DNA from: Carcharhinus longimanus
Taxonomy: Eukaryota
Direction of reading: 5' to 3'
DNA: 64,000 bases
Assembly: GCA_030264375.1 (NCBI GenBank)
Contig: JASCQW010000001.1
Coordinates: 149,623,031-149,687,030 of the forward strand
Shown here piece after piece: positions 1-12,334 of the stretch. Both the position numbers and the translations under genes were made by a program. Numbering within the stretch: position 1 is the stretch's first letter; every line of letters begins with the position of its first letter. The notes under the pieces were generated by a model. That model did no database searches and was not told where the DNA came from. It was given only the letters and a program-made list of their open reading frames with translations.

Positions 1-1
1 G

Positions 2-679
2 CTGATCACCGCCATCGCCGCCCTGGACCCAGACGCCGGCCTCAACGGCGAGTTCACCTGCAGCATCGTGGAGGGCGGCGGCGGCCCCTTCGTGGTGGAG
101 CCCGGCACCTGCGACGTCTACACCAACCGCTCCTTGGCCCCCGGTCAGCACTGGGACCTGCTCGTCGCCCTGCGGGATAAAGGGACGCCCAGCCTCAGCA
201 CGGTGGCCGCCTTCAGAGTCCTCCTCCTGCCCGAGGAGCCGCCCCAGCCCCAGGAACAGAGCACCCTGGACGACTCCATGATCATCATCATCTCCCTGGG
301 GCTGATCTGTGCCCTCCTGCTCATCATCATGGCCACCTTTGCCACCCGCTGCAACCGGGACAAGAAAGACACCCGCTCCTACAACTGCCGCCTGGCAGAG
401 TCCACCTACCAGCACCACCCGAAGCGGCCCTCTCGCCAGATCCACAAAGGGGACATCACCCTGGTCCACACGTCCACCGGCACCTTGCCCCTCAGATCCC
501 AACACCGGGCCTCCCCTTCCTCCTCGCCCACCCTCTCGGGGATGGACCGGCCTCATATGTGCAGCAGCCGCCAGAGCAACCGCAGCCGCCAGTCTCTCAA
601 CAGCTTGGTCACCTTGTCCTCCAACCATTTACCCGAGAACTTCTCCCTGGAGCTCACACACACCTCTCCACCTGTTGAG
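2..679 (+). CDS. PCDH18: Protocadherin-18, 3' part of the large first coding exon (last cadherin repeat, TM helix, juxtamembrane tail); 5'-partial
   Basis: Frame is open from nt 2: LITAIAALDPDAGLNGEF (DxDxGxN) ... LRDKGTPSLS ... TM SMIIIISLGLICALLLIIMATFA, then TRCNRDKKDTRSYNCRLAESTYQHHPKRPSRQIHKGDITLV, matching recalled vertebrate PCDH18. Ends GAG|GTGAG donor at 680, phase 0. Confidence 0.96.
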
Positions 680-734
680 GTGAGCATCTTGAACATTGAG
701 AGTCTTTCTTCAAAGTATGAAGTTTCTTAGTGCA

Positions 735-1165
735 TTTTAATACTGTAATGAAGTTACTGTTAAAACCCCCTAGTCGCCACACACCAGCACCTGTTTAAAG
801 TTTACTTAATGTAAACCACTGGTGACGCTAACATTGCAATGAAGTTACTGTAAAAAAAAAATCCGAGTCGCCACACTCAGCTGCCTGTTTAAAGTTTATT
901 TATTAGCGTCACAAGTAGGCTTACATTAACACGGCAACAAAGTTAATTCTCCATTCGCCACACACTGGCACTTGTTGGGGTACACTAAAGGAGAATTTAG
1001 CATAGCCAATGTATCTAACCGGCCCATTTTTTTGAACTGTGGTAGGAAACCGGACCACCTATAATAAAATCACGTGGAGAGAAGGTGCAGACTCCGCAGT
1101 GACAGTGACCCAAACCGGAATCGAACCCGGGTCTCTGGCGCTGTGATGCAGTAATGCTAACCACT
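735..1165 (-). mobile_element. tRNA-headed V-SINE (HE1-like head/core, tail type B) with extra tandem tail copies
   Basis: Reverse complement gives GTGGTTAGCATTACTGCATCACAGCGCCAGAGACCCGGGTTCGATTCC head, a degenerate V core, and the tail GTGTGGCGA..AATGTAAGCCTACTTGTGAC..AATAAATAAAC. Confidence 0.8.
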
Positions 1166-2966
1166 CCTGTGTGTCAGAAAATTATTGCAGTAGCTATTAG
1201 CTATTTTAATTTTTTTATGGTTCATCCAGTTTGTAATTCCAAACAAACAATATGGTTATATGGGATGGACCTCCCATTCTTAATTGAGCCAGTGACAGAT
1301 TGTATACAAGTGAAGTAGTTTGTCATAGTTTCTCTCTAGCTTCTACCATATTCTAGTCTCTAGTTTCTTTATGTTAAGCTACTTTAAAATATAGCTTTCA
1401 ATGTATCGTTCGTATCTCATTTAGTTTTCTGGAATTGCATTTTGACTTTTAAAGTATGGAAATATGGGTCTGCTCAATGGTTCAATTAGTTGGAATCTGG
1501 GCACTTTTTGGCTTAATCCCTTATTTATGCTGTATTAGTCCATCTAAGTGGAATCCTTGGTAGGAATGCCCCAATTAGCTTCAGCATATCTAAGTTCAAA
1601 GGGAGTAAAATTTTGCATTTGATTGCCCTCCTGTGAACTGTGCTGGAAGCGTGGGTGTGCGTGTATCTGGTAAACACTTGCTAAGGGCATGTCTGATATC
1701 TAATGAGATTAAATCACCCATCATCACCCACTGTCTGGTCCCAATGAAGAATGGCAACTTGAGTGATGTGTCAGAAGGTGACCATTCCTCAGAGAAACAC
1801 AACTGAATGAACAGCCTTCAAGTGCCTTAGGAAGATTACAAAAACACATTTCAACAGTTTTCAAATAAATAAATTAGTTGAGCACAGAGCTCGATACCAT
1901 ACCTTTTTTCTTTCTTATCTAGTTCTACACCTCCATCACCCATTGCCCATGCAAATGTTTATTTTTAAAGTACCATTAATATTCTCACTTCTGTGTCTGA
2001 AGAATTCAGTGAAGACATGTATATATTTATGCACAATAATTTTCACTGAGCTGCAGAGATTGCATTGATTGGAACTTGAGTACTTAAAACCTTTGGTAGT
2101 AAGTGCACGGCTCAAATATCCATCTTCCCTTAATCTGGGTTTTTAACTTCCGTGCATCACCCAATTGATTTATGATTACAATATTTAACTTGCCCCTGAT
2201 TTTTTTTTTCAAAATTGGAACCAGAAATCAGTTAAGTAAAACAGCTTGCAATATTCTATCAAACTATATCTGTAATGGGACGTAAGAATTTTCGTAATTG
2301 AAGTGCTACTAAATTCCTGATGAGATTGCATAAAGTAAGCATGCCCATGGATCTTGTCTGTCTTTTTGATAACATGTACATATTGAAATGGACGTTTTTT
2401 TTGAAAACATCTGACTAACTTGACCATAACAAAATATCCAACATCTGTATAAATTAGACCAGTTGTTGATATCTGCAGTACCCAATCAATTATTTTACTG
2501 TTGGATTGATAAGGCTAAAGGTTCCAACCTCTTAAGAGGTAAATTGGAATTCCTCAGTATGAATGAATTATATTTTTTGATTTATACATGTTACTGCCCT
2601 ACCAAGGTGTAATGCATTACAATTCAACACTGTGGCTGAAATGCTTTAAAAATCTACAATATTCTCACAATAATGCCCATTGCTTCTGTCCTTGAATGGA
2701 GCAGAGAAATAAATGCACACATTATAAATGACAAATTTCCACTGATTCACTATACCTTCAGTGAAGATCCATGAAAATCCTGGAAAAATAATGTAAGCTG
2801 TGTTTACAGTCTTCACAATCCTTCCACTGAAACCATGGCAGATGATTGGGAACAACTCTTGTGGAAATTAATCTCCTGTGTGTCAGAAAATTATTGCAGT
2901 AGCTGTTGGATATTTGTTGCTTCCAAAGAGTAAATGTTGTTCTCTCTCTCTCTCTGTTATGTTTAG

Positions 2967-3055
2967 CAAGTTTCTCAGCTGTTGAGTATGCTGCATCAAG
3001 GCCAGTATCAACCAAGGCCAAATTTTCGAGGGAACAAATATTCCAGAAGTTACAG
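2967..3055 (+). CDS. PCDH18: Protocadherin-18 coding exon 2 (89 bp)
   Basis: (CT)n tract then tttag|CAA GTT TCT; translates [29 protein letters not shown]; ends ACAG|GTAAA. Not in the ORF track. Confidence 0.95.
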
Positions 3056-3148
3056 GTAAAAAGAAACCTGTTGAATTTCTTTCCTGTCTTTTCATATATG
3101 CATGTTCTTATAATATGGTTCTAATGATGCATCATTTGCACTTTGTAG

Positions 3149-3315
3149 ATATGCTCTTCAAGATATGGATAAATTCAGCCTGAAGGACAGTGGTAGAGGT
3201 GACAGTGAAGCTGGAGATAGTGACTACGATTTGGGTAGAGATTCTCCCATTGACAGGCTTCTTGGAGAAGGTTTCAGTGACCTCTTTGTTACCGACAGCC
3301 ATCGATTTCATCCGG
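3149..3315 (+). CDS. PCDH18: Protocadherin-18 coding exon 3 (167 bp), CM1 motif
   Basis: ttgtag|A TAT GCT; translates (R)YALQDMDKFSLKDSGRGDSEAGDSDYDLGRDSPIDRLLGEGFSDLFVTDSHRFHP; donor G|GTCAGT. Phases fit both neighbouring exons; the upstream intron is only 93 bp. Confidence 0.96.
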
Positions 3316-4389
3316 GTCAGTCATGTTCCTAATATTGTTTAATGTACACAGTAAAAACAACTGTTGGTTGTTGATGATGTGGTTGGTTGTCATGCTGATC
3401 AAAGATAGGGGACAATGGCTTTCGTTTTGCTTTTTGCACCTTGTGGCAACATCAAGTAATCTTGGGTCAAAACAAACAAATTAACTGCGACATGAATCTC
3501 TATCCTCGCTGAAGATTAACTCCAATTTGAGTGATTATTTTAGTTTCCAAATTATGTAAGTTATTGAGTAATTGTTTCATGCTTTGGCCTTGAGCCCACC
3601 CAGAGTTGTATTGAAATTTTCAAAGCTCATTTGACACAGACCCTCTGGAAATGAAGAAACTTCACGGTGATTCTGTGATGTCTGCCTCTAAACTAGAAAT
3701 TGTGCTCAATAGAGTAGCATGGGTTGGATAATTCTGATGTTTAGACCTGTCGGTGAGCAAAATTCCCTCTGAGCTTGGCTCCTACTTTAGGAGTACAGCA
3801 TAATCACTTTTCTGTCTGTACTCTGGTTGTAATTCTAGAGTGCTTTTTTTTAAAAATTTCCTATTTAATACACATGTAATGTTTAACCAAAAGGTACAAA
3901 AGAACCAAAATGCTAAGTTTGCTCAATGTACAAGATAAATTTGGATTTCCCGATTTTTAGCAGCAATATCAACTGCAAATAAGTAATTTGTGCAGAGTCC
4001 AATACAAATTTTGTGCATGGACTTTTAATCTTTGTTGAAGCAAGAGGCCTGCTCAAAAAAGGATCCCATGTGTGTAGTATATTTTGCAATTTCCAAAGCT
4101 GCTTCGTATTACTTCAAGAAAGAGCTTGGATGAAGTAAAGAAAACGATGATAATAGAACAAAAATTATATCACACAAATAAACATTATTGATAGCGCATG
4201 TTACAATATTTTCCTGTTAGCCTTGCTATTAAACATGCTGTGGTTTATAAGCTTTGCACTTTTATAGTATTTTACTGTGCTGTATTGACAAGCTCATCAA
4301 TTTTTACTAGTGGAAACTGAACACTAATTCCTGCCTCTGAGAAAACTTAACAATTTGCATTTTGATCTGACCTACAAATAATTTTGTTT

Positions 4390-4752
4390 TTTATTCATTT
4401 ATGAGATGTGAATTTCATTGATAAGGCCAGCATTTATCACCTATCCCTAATTACCTTTGAAAATGTGAATACAAATGAATGGCCATTTCAGAGTCAGCCG
4501 CATTGCTGTCGGTCTGGAGTCGTGTATTGGTCAGACCGTATAAAGATGATGATAAATTTCATTCCCTGAAGAGTATTATTTAGTGAATCAAATGGGCTTT
4601 ACAATAATTTTGATCACCACTGATGGTTCTTAAAGTTCCAGGTTTTATTTAATTATTAGCTGTCTTGGTATGATTTGAATGTATGTCCTTGAATGATTAA
4701 GCCAGGCCTTTGGACCACTAGTCCAGTAACAGCCCTGATGCCATTCTATCCC
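4390..4752 (-). mobile_element. tRNA-headed SINE family C (tail shared with a CR1-group LINE), PCDH18 intron 3
   Basis: Diverged match to the copies at 24775-25160 and 32215-32545 (GGTTCACTAATGTCCTT, GACTCCAG, AAATGCTGGCC tail). Confidence 0.7.
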
Positions 4753-4855
4753 ACTAGTGATGGAGTTGTGGGAAAAGTGATTAGAACATCAAATGCTCTG
4801 ATGCCAGCGGTCTCCACGATGGATTGTTTTGTGAATGATGGTTTTTGTTTTGCAG

Positions 4856-5508
4856 CAATGAAGTTGTGCACAGATGAATGCAAAGTACTGGGCCACTCTG
4901 ATCAGTGCTGGATGCCTCCTTTGTCTTCAGGTGTTTCTGCTGACTACAGGAGCAACATGTTTATTCCTGGTGAGGATACGCAGCAGTTGCAGGAAGATGA
5001 CGGCGACTCTTCAGATTCCAGTGAGAAGAAAAAAAGCTTTTTAACCTTCGGCAAAGAGTCCCAGAACGAGGAGACAGAGGATCTGGGGACTTCGTCTCTC
5101 TTGTCAGAAATGAACAGTGTTTTCCAAAGACTGCTGCCTCCACAAATGGACATCTATGCGGAATGCAGTGAGGTTGGCAGTGTAAGTTCTTTGGAGAATA
5201 AAAAAGGACATTTGGCAGCAAAGCCAGCTCCCTATCCACAAGGCGTGGCAGCTTGGGCAGCAAGCACCCATTTTCAGAATCCAGTGAACAGTGTTGGTAT
5301 GTCACCTATTAATCACATAAACCCCCCACCCACCTCTAAATGGTTGCCTGCCATGGAGGAAATCCCAGAAAATTATGAAGAAGATGAATTTGATAACGTT
5401 CTCAACCAACTTGCTCCCAGTAAACGTGAGAGTAAACATGAACTCATCGATGCCAGTGAACTTGTAGCAGAAATTAACAAACTTTTACAAGATGTCCGGC
5501 AGAGCTAA
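4856..5508 (+). CDS. PCDH18: Protocadherin-18 terminal coding exon (CM2, WIRS, C-terminus)
   Basis: ttttgcag|CA ATG; translates MKLCTDECKVLGHSDQCWMP (delta-protocadherin CM2), KKKSFLTFGK (WIRS-type), ...ELVAEINKLLQDVRQS; TAA at 5506-5508. Confidence 0.97.
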
Positions 5509-6774
5509 AATTTGTTATGTACTTTTTTTTCCTCTTCCTTTTTTCTGGAAACTGGAAGACAGGAGAGTCATTGCCAGCGATTTGCATTTATCAAGTAAAT
5601 GTGTCTTTGACTTTGAATACAGTTATATTTTCACATTAAGTATACCAATTTAAGTGTAATTATGTTCGTATTTTAAAAATACATTTTGTATTCTATTTAT
5701 ATATTTTTCAAATAAAACTTATTTTTATATTCTACCTTCATTCTTTTCATTAAAAAAGGAATTTTAAATAAATGCTCGGTGTAGCAAGATGCATTTTAAC
5801 TTGCTAATTAGTTAATTGATTACAAGAATGGCACTATTTTGCATCACATTTTAATCTATACAATTCCAATATGTCCTCAAGAGTCTTCCACAACCAGAGG
5901 GCACCGCAGGGTGTAGAGCTAATTAACACACTCAACACATTATTTAATTGTTATTTGTATAATGTCACTGTTTTGTATGTAGTTGTTATTGTTTGCTTAC
6001 CTCATTTGTGGTGTCCTAGGGCACTTTGCATAATGTTTTATATTCCTGTCAGGTGACACTGGGGCAACTCAGTATCATTCCTAGTTTAAAGAAGTTGAGA
6101 TTGATTTATGCTGACATGGGTGACCCCAGTTTTGCACTGGTTGTCTACACCACAGCAGCTGTACTTTACTGTAGCTTTGGTTACGTTAGTATGTCTGCCA
6201 GAAAACAAACTTTGAATACAAATGTATTCTGTGATATTGTATTGTAACTTGAAAAGGATACCCATACATTCCCTGATAAATTTGAGTGTATACACAGTAC
6301 CTGATATTTGGAACTTTGCCTGGATTTTTCTTTACAAAAGTGATCCATATTATTCATTTTGTACTATTTAAGAGTGTAGATTTTAGATTGTGATAATGAT
6401 ACATTAAAGAGGCACTTGCTGTACAATTGGTGTTTACCAATATGGATGGTCACATAATTCACTTTTGATTTTATTACAATTAGCACTAAATTGCCATTAA
6501 TGACGTATTTAATTTTTATGGCATTCAAACAATTTAAATGGTAAAGAGCAGATATTTTTTAAATTGAAATGAGAACTACATTGGTTCCAGAAATGAGACA
6601 GTCTTGCATATGGAACAGTCTTGCATTTAACTGGTTTTATTCTGAGTTAATGGGTGTGGATATGTATTATTGAGATTTCTATTCACTAAACCACAAGAAC
6701 AACAATCTTTATTTTGCAATAGGGACATTCTCCTGTTACAGGCACTAAGTGCTACATAGAAATAATCCAATAAA
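5509..6774 (+). other. PCDH18: PCDH18 3' UTR (end uncertain) with candidate polyadenylation signals
   Basis: AT-rich, repeat-free sequence after the stop. AATAAA at 5711, 5767 and 6769; ATTAAA at 6403. The site actually used cannot be determined from sequence. Confidence 0.6.
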
Positions 6775-7810
6775 AAGCTACACCACGCCAAAGAAAAATA
6801 AGTGATGTAATGGTTAAAAGCTTGGTCTCCGAGATGGGGGTTTAAAGTGTGACTAAATAATAAAAGTTTTTAGAAGGAATGCCAGAGCTTGGGTGGAGAG
6901 AGTGAAGTGACTGCCAATGATAGAAAAATGATGTGTGACAGAGACCAAAGTTAAATAAGTGCAGAGTTCTGGTGGAGGTTATGGAAATAAGGACGGATAA
7001 GGTCATGAAAGGATTTCAACATGAGGAGGAAAATATTGTAGGTGTGAGTGAACTGAGAGTCAATATAGGTCAGTGCGTACAAGCATGATAGGAAAGCAGG
7101 ATGTGATATAGATTAGGATATGGGCATTAGAGAATTAGATCAACTTATTATGGAGGGTGAAAAGGGAAAGGACTGAAATAGTTGTGTGTGAAAGTGTAGA
7201 TGATTGTTTTAGCAACTGGCGGTAGGAGCAGGACAAGCATTGTCATTGTAAATAGTAAGAGTTGGTCATTGTGCTGGGTAGGATATCCTACCATAAACGT
7301 ATCATAGGATCAGATGATTCTGAAGTTGCAAACCATTTGGTTTGGCTTAAGACAGTTGCTAGAGACATAGGTAGAAGTGGTAGTGAGGAGATGTAGTTTG
7401 TGGGACAACCCAAGATTATGACTTAGATCTTCCTAATGTTTAACTGGAAAAATATGCAACTCGTTTACAACTGTATTAGCAAGTTGGCAATAGAAAGGCA
7501 ATGGAGGGGTCAAGAGAGGTGGCAAAAAGTTAGGAGTATTGAGTGGAATCTGATGTGTCTTCAAATGATGTTGCCATAAATTGAAGGACCAGGGGTGTTG
7601 AAACCAGAGCTAATATTTTTGGGTGGAAAGGTAAGCCATTGCACAAGATTCTCTGGATACAGTTGAACTGGTAAGGATGCAACCTAGAGACATAGTCTCA
7701 CTCTTCAGGACAATAGAAGATGGTGTAGTTGATGTGTTGAAAACCGCTTGAGCCAAGAAAGACACTTGTGCACCGTGGTCAAGTGACCTTGATTAGGATT
7801 GTGATTTGGA
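6690..7810 (-). mobile_element. Degraded L2-clade LINE 3' fragment
   Basis: Purine-rich + strand resembling the reverse complement of the L2 copy at 57150-58815; no intact ORF. Confidence 0.55.
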
Positions 7811-8945
7811 ATCATTTATGGACATATGAGTGTCCTCGCTTAGTTTCTGAAGAAGGATATGTATTAAAGCATTAAAAATTGGAACTGTTATTACAGTTTT
7901 AATTAATTTGATCAGCCTCATGACCAATTTTCAGGTGATGAAAACTAGATTTTAGAAGCTGAGAAAATTGTAATCATGAAGAATATTCTGCCATTTTGTA
8001 ATTTATGACTGGAATTCTCCAATCTTCCTCGCCCTATCACTGCTGCCAATAAAAACAGAGAATTTGGCGTTCAGCCAAAACTCCACTGCAGCTGGACCTG
8101 AGATTCTCAGCTGCAGGTGAGATCAGAGAATTGATCATGGAGCCTATAAATAAGCCACATGCATTGCACCACTTTAAATTGAACAGTCTGTAAATATATT
8201 TTAACAGTAGAATCCAATTGGAATGGTAGTGGTTACGCAGCCGATTTGTTGTCAATGTCACTATCTTTAAAAGTATATGCATAAAGATGCAGTGAAGCAA
8301 TTTTAAAAAGACTTTTTTCTGCCTAAGCTGTGCATGCACATTTGCCATCTTTTTTGGGGACAATGTGCAGCAGGGCACATGCACAACCATCACAGGCCCT
8401 GGAATTGCAATGATTACAGCACTAGCAACATCAAGTTTACACTTCTGGCAATCCATGCCATCCGCAGTTCATCCTAGTTGGCCTACTCCTGCTCCTATTT
8501 CTTATGTTCTTATGTTCTTATGTTTAAACTTCTCAGATGGATTGGAAAGAACAAGTGACAAATGGGACCCATTCATATGCCCATCATCAACACCCATCAC
8601 CCCGCCCCCCCCGCTTAAAATGACACATCATGTTCATGTCTTTTTAGAAATTCGTTGAAGGACAAATAATCAAAAGAAATAGTTGGGGGTGGGGGGATGG
8701 GGTAGTGGCAGAGGTACAGAGAAAGCAGGAGAGACAGGGACAAGGAAATGAGCAGTTATGGAATGCCTGGTCAGGAAGGGCAGAATTGCTTGAAATTCCA
8801 GACCAGCTATTTAATTAGTTCAGAGGAATGGTCCGCCTGATCGTATTACGTTTCTTATTTGCGGTGAAATCATTTTGGGCCAATATGTGCAGACAGATAT
8901 TGGATGATATCTTGCACCGCCATCTTCCATCGGCCGGAGATATAA

Positions 8946-9122
8946 TGGCCAAAATTTTCCAGTCGCACCGCCAGCAGGATCTTCCTGACCTACCAAATAA
9001 GACTTGCTCTGTCATGGGTTCCCCAGTGACAGAGGGTGCAAACAATGGGAATACATGTACACTATGTTGGGCTACCTCCAATGCTACAAAACACACCACG
9101 GAGATATGGAAAATTCCACCCA
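8946..9122. mobile_element. MITE-like non-autonomous DNA element
   Basis: Ends TGGCCAAAATTTTCC ... GGAAAATTCCACCCA form imperfect terminal inverted repeats; internal similarity to 13625-13835. Confidence 0.55.
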
Positions 9123-11000
9123 ATATTTTAAAAAAAGACTCCATTGTTCAATGGATAACTGCGACAAATAATGTGGCACTGAGTTATACAAATGGGAAAG
9201 GTGGTGTCAGTTATCTAGTTCATGGCAGAATTTCCTAGAAAGGACTTAAGTGTCTCCTGACATAAGTAGATGGTAAATTGATTGAGTTTTCAATTCTTTA
9301 ATAGCTATTTGGTGACCCCTGCTGGAAAGTTCATATGTGGCCATGAGCTTGTACCGGGGGTCTGTTGTGGTTTTATTCCATGGTCAAGATGACTGCTGAT
9401 GATCTCTGTCTAGTCATACACGCGGAGAATGGTCCCATGAACCAGGGCTTTCTATCCACATTGAACCAGAACACATCTATGGGCAGAATCTTCAGGTGAG
9501 GAGAAAGGAAGGTAGGATATAACTGAATACAAATTAAAGTTAACTACCATGTCCTTCAATAGCGTAGTCTTTATTGTAACAAGGAACTTGAAAGAAAAGA
9601 ATCATTTTGGCATTTTGCCATGTAGCAGGCCACAATGTCCATTGGGAATTCCAACTATTGGAAAGACATTTTGCTGATAACTGAACAAAAATATATAATG
9701 AAACGTTAAAATTTACCTTAGATAGTAAATTAAATGTTCTTGAATGGTGTTCTTATGGCCATCACCAGATGTTATTAAAAAGGATCTAATATTTTTGCAC
9801 CCATCAATTTAATATTTCAAACTTTTATCTACTCTCCTACACATATTGTGCAACATTCCCATCAGGGTGAGACTAACAGTTGATATGTAATTATAACACA
9901 ATGTAATTATAAACTATGATTTCTTATCTCAATCAAGCAGACATAACATCCACTATGCTTTTCTTCTGAATAAATATTTTGCATACTAAAAATCTGAAGA
10001 AGTTTGTTGAAAATGTCTATTCCTATTATCTGCTCATCTCAATAGATAAAAACACGGGAGTGACAAATACTACAATTACACTGCGCTTTTCTTATTGCTA
10101 TGGTGCCAGCAAAGCTACAAAGCTTTCAAAAATGTTTCCAATATTGGGCAATTCAGGCAGCAGTCTTTTGCTTATGGAGCATATTAAAGAACCAGTTTTT
10201 CTTTACTAGTCAAAAAAAACAACCAATCTTATATTTATTTTAAAAATCCACATAGTTTCTACTCTAAATGCAATTCAACAACTGTGCCCCAACTTCATCG
10301 AGAAATAAAAATAGCGATTGATCTCTGAAGACTTACTGTCAATAAAGCTGACTAAATTTACTTAGGGTATTTTAACATAAGCGAGTTCAGCTTCGCTGCA
10401 CACGTTTGATTTAATCATCACTTAACCAAGTTAAACAAGACCTACAGACACTGTCAATTCCACTTATTAAGATAACAGCTGCACTGAACTCAACATACTA
10501 TAAAACATCATTTGTTTTTCCTCCAGGAAACTAAATTACTGCAATATGTAATGCTTTGTAAATTCAAGCGGAAAGAAGTGGCCAGAATCTCATGGTGCAT
10601 TGCAAATGTCAGCATTATGTAACACAGGATGATGGCTGCCCTATTTTAAAGGCGATACTATCCTGTGTCTTAATAGTTAAATACACAGCAGTGTCAGTAA
10701 ACAAGGGAATAGTGTCTAATACTGAGACACAAATACTAAGTGATGCATTTTACACAGGGAGTATGCATATTTGTCCTTCAGTTTATTTTGTAAGCAATCA
10801 CATTGACAAAAATACTATTGACTACTTTGGAACTGAATGCAGCTTGATTCAATCTCTTTCATCCTCTCACCATTAACTTGAAGTTCCAATTTACAGAAAA
10901 AGCAGTTGGCTCAGTTGAAATGTATTTTCTCTTAAGTGTCTCTGGGGATGGGGGCGGGGGTGACGGTACAACACTGAGAAATTATCAAAATTTTGAGCCA

Positions 11001-11120
11001 TGGGCCGGACTTTTACCGTCCTGCCAGCTGCCGGAATCGGGTCAGAGACATGGAAAGATCCATGAACCTCGGACGGGATTTTAAGGTTTGGGGACGTGTG
11101 AGATCGTAAACTCCCACCCA
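11001..11120. mobile_element. ~120-bp MITE (same family as 26453-26579)
   Basis: TGGGCCGGACTTTTAC ... GTAAACTCCCACCCA inverted ends; internal CTCGGACGGGATTTT motif shared with the 26453 copy. Confidence 0.6.
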
Positions 11121-11499
11121 AGGCTCAGTTAGAAGATGTTTGACACAACCTTATCACATGGGGAAATGTGGTCACATTTCCATTTTGCTCTCACTCAAAG
11201 GGCTACTGAGCAAATTTCAGAAAGACAAGCTATGGCAAAACGTTAAATAAGAATTTAAAAAGATAGTTGGGAAAGGACAAACAGACCTGTGCAAAAGTAA
11301 AACAATGTCAAAGCAATAAATTGATAATTAAAAATACTAATTACTAAAGATGAGTGTGAACGGGTCAGCATATGTGTGCCCAGCTCACTGCCGGTCTCAG
11401 GATGTTCATTCACTGACTCATAGCCACTGATACAGTGGGTGAGGGTATGTGCTGTGTGTGGGAGCGAGAGCAAGTGAGAACCCTGAGACTGGGAGTGAG

Positions 11500-11709
11500 C
11501 CAGACAAACACACACACCCACATACTCTCTCTCTCCCCTCATGCATGCATTCTGTTTCCTCATATACACTCTCTCTCCCTATCATCACACACACGCTCTC
11601 TCTCTTTTTCACGCACGCTCACACACACTCTCTCTCCCTCCCACACACTCTCACTCACACACACATACTCATGCTCACAGTCGCACACTCTCCTTATAGT
11701 CACACACAG
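11500..11709. repeat. Degenerate (CA)n/(CT)n low-complexity tract
   Basis: Runs of cacacac and ctctctc; explains the overlapping H/T/L/S-rich ORFs. Confidence 0.85.
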
Positions 11710-11824
11710 TGGGTGGGATTCTCAGCTGCGCTCGTTCCAAAACCCGAGGGCAATGGACATTCGTGTGGTCCACCCCCAACCCGCTACGATTCCTGTAGCG
11801 GGCAGGACAGGAGAATTTTGCCCA
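11710..11824. mobile_element. MITE (26453 family, opposite orientation)
   Basis: TGGGTGGGATTCTC ... GAGAATTTTGCCCA inverted ends; GCTACGATTCC motif shared with 62083-62204. Confidence 0.55.
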
Positions 11825-12334
11825 GTGTGTTATAATAATGCATGTTGTAGGGGTTGGGGTTGCTTATGGAAGTCAAACCGGATTTAAAATAACGCTACTT
11901 AGGCAGAGAGCAGAGGTGAAATAATTTGGGTGGTTCCATGCAGCCCAAGAGATGTGGTAGATGCCTGTTTGTAGCGGGAGCAGTGTTAAAGCAATTCGGA
12001 CAGGCCTTAGAGAGATAAATGTAATATTTGATAACATAATGTGAAGAGACAATCCCAACTGAGTGTGTGCTAAATTTCATTTACCATGTGTCTGCTCATT
12101 TCAATAGTAATTGTCCTCCAGAATTCTGTTCTTTTTCTTCTCATCGTTTATTATATTTCTAAGTTCTGCTACACTTGTAAATTTGAAATGACAAAACCAG
12201 ATTATTTGTATATAATAAAATAAGTAATGGTCATAATATCAGGTCTGGGGAACGTCAATCTGAAAGAAACTCATTCACCCTTACCTTTGACTTTCTGTTT
12301 CTCATGCCAGTTTTGTTTCCACACAGCTATTGGT

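Noticed and set aside
68-730. 220-aa ORF as a complete gene
   Set aside because: It is an internal part of PCDH18 exon 1. The frame is open from nt 2, the GTG start is spurious, and splicing at 679/680 joins it to exon 2.
4693-4855. N-terminal 54 aa of the 271-aa ORF
   Set aside because: Intronic and partly antisense SINE; PCDH18 similarity starts at the acceptor at 4856.
6021-6437. miRNA seed matches in the 3' UTR (GCACTTT, TTGCACT, TGTTTAC)
   Set aside because: 7-mers are expected by chance and conservation cannot be assessed here.
11255-11887. Overlapping ORFs of 64-150 aa
   Set aside because: Products of the (CA)/(CT) low-complexity tract.
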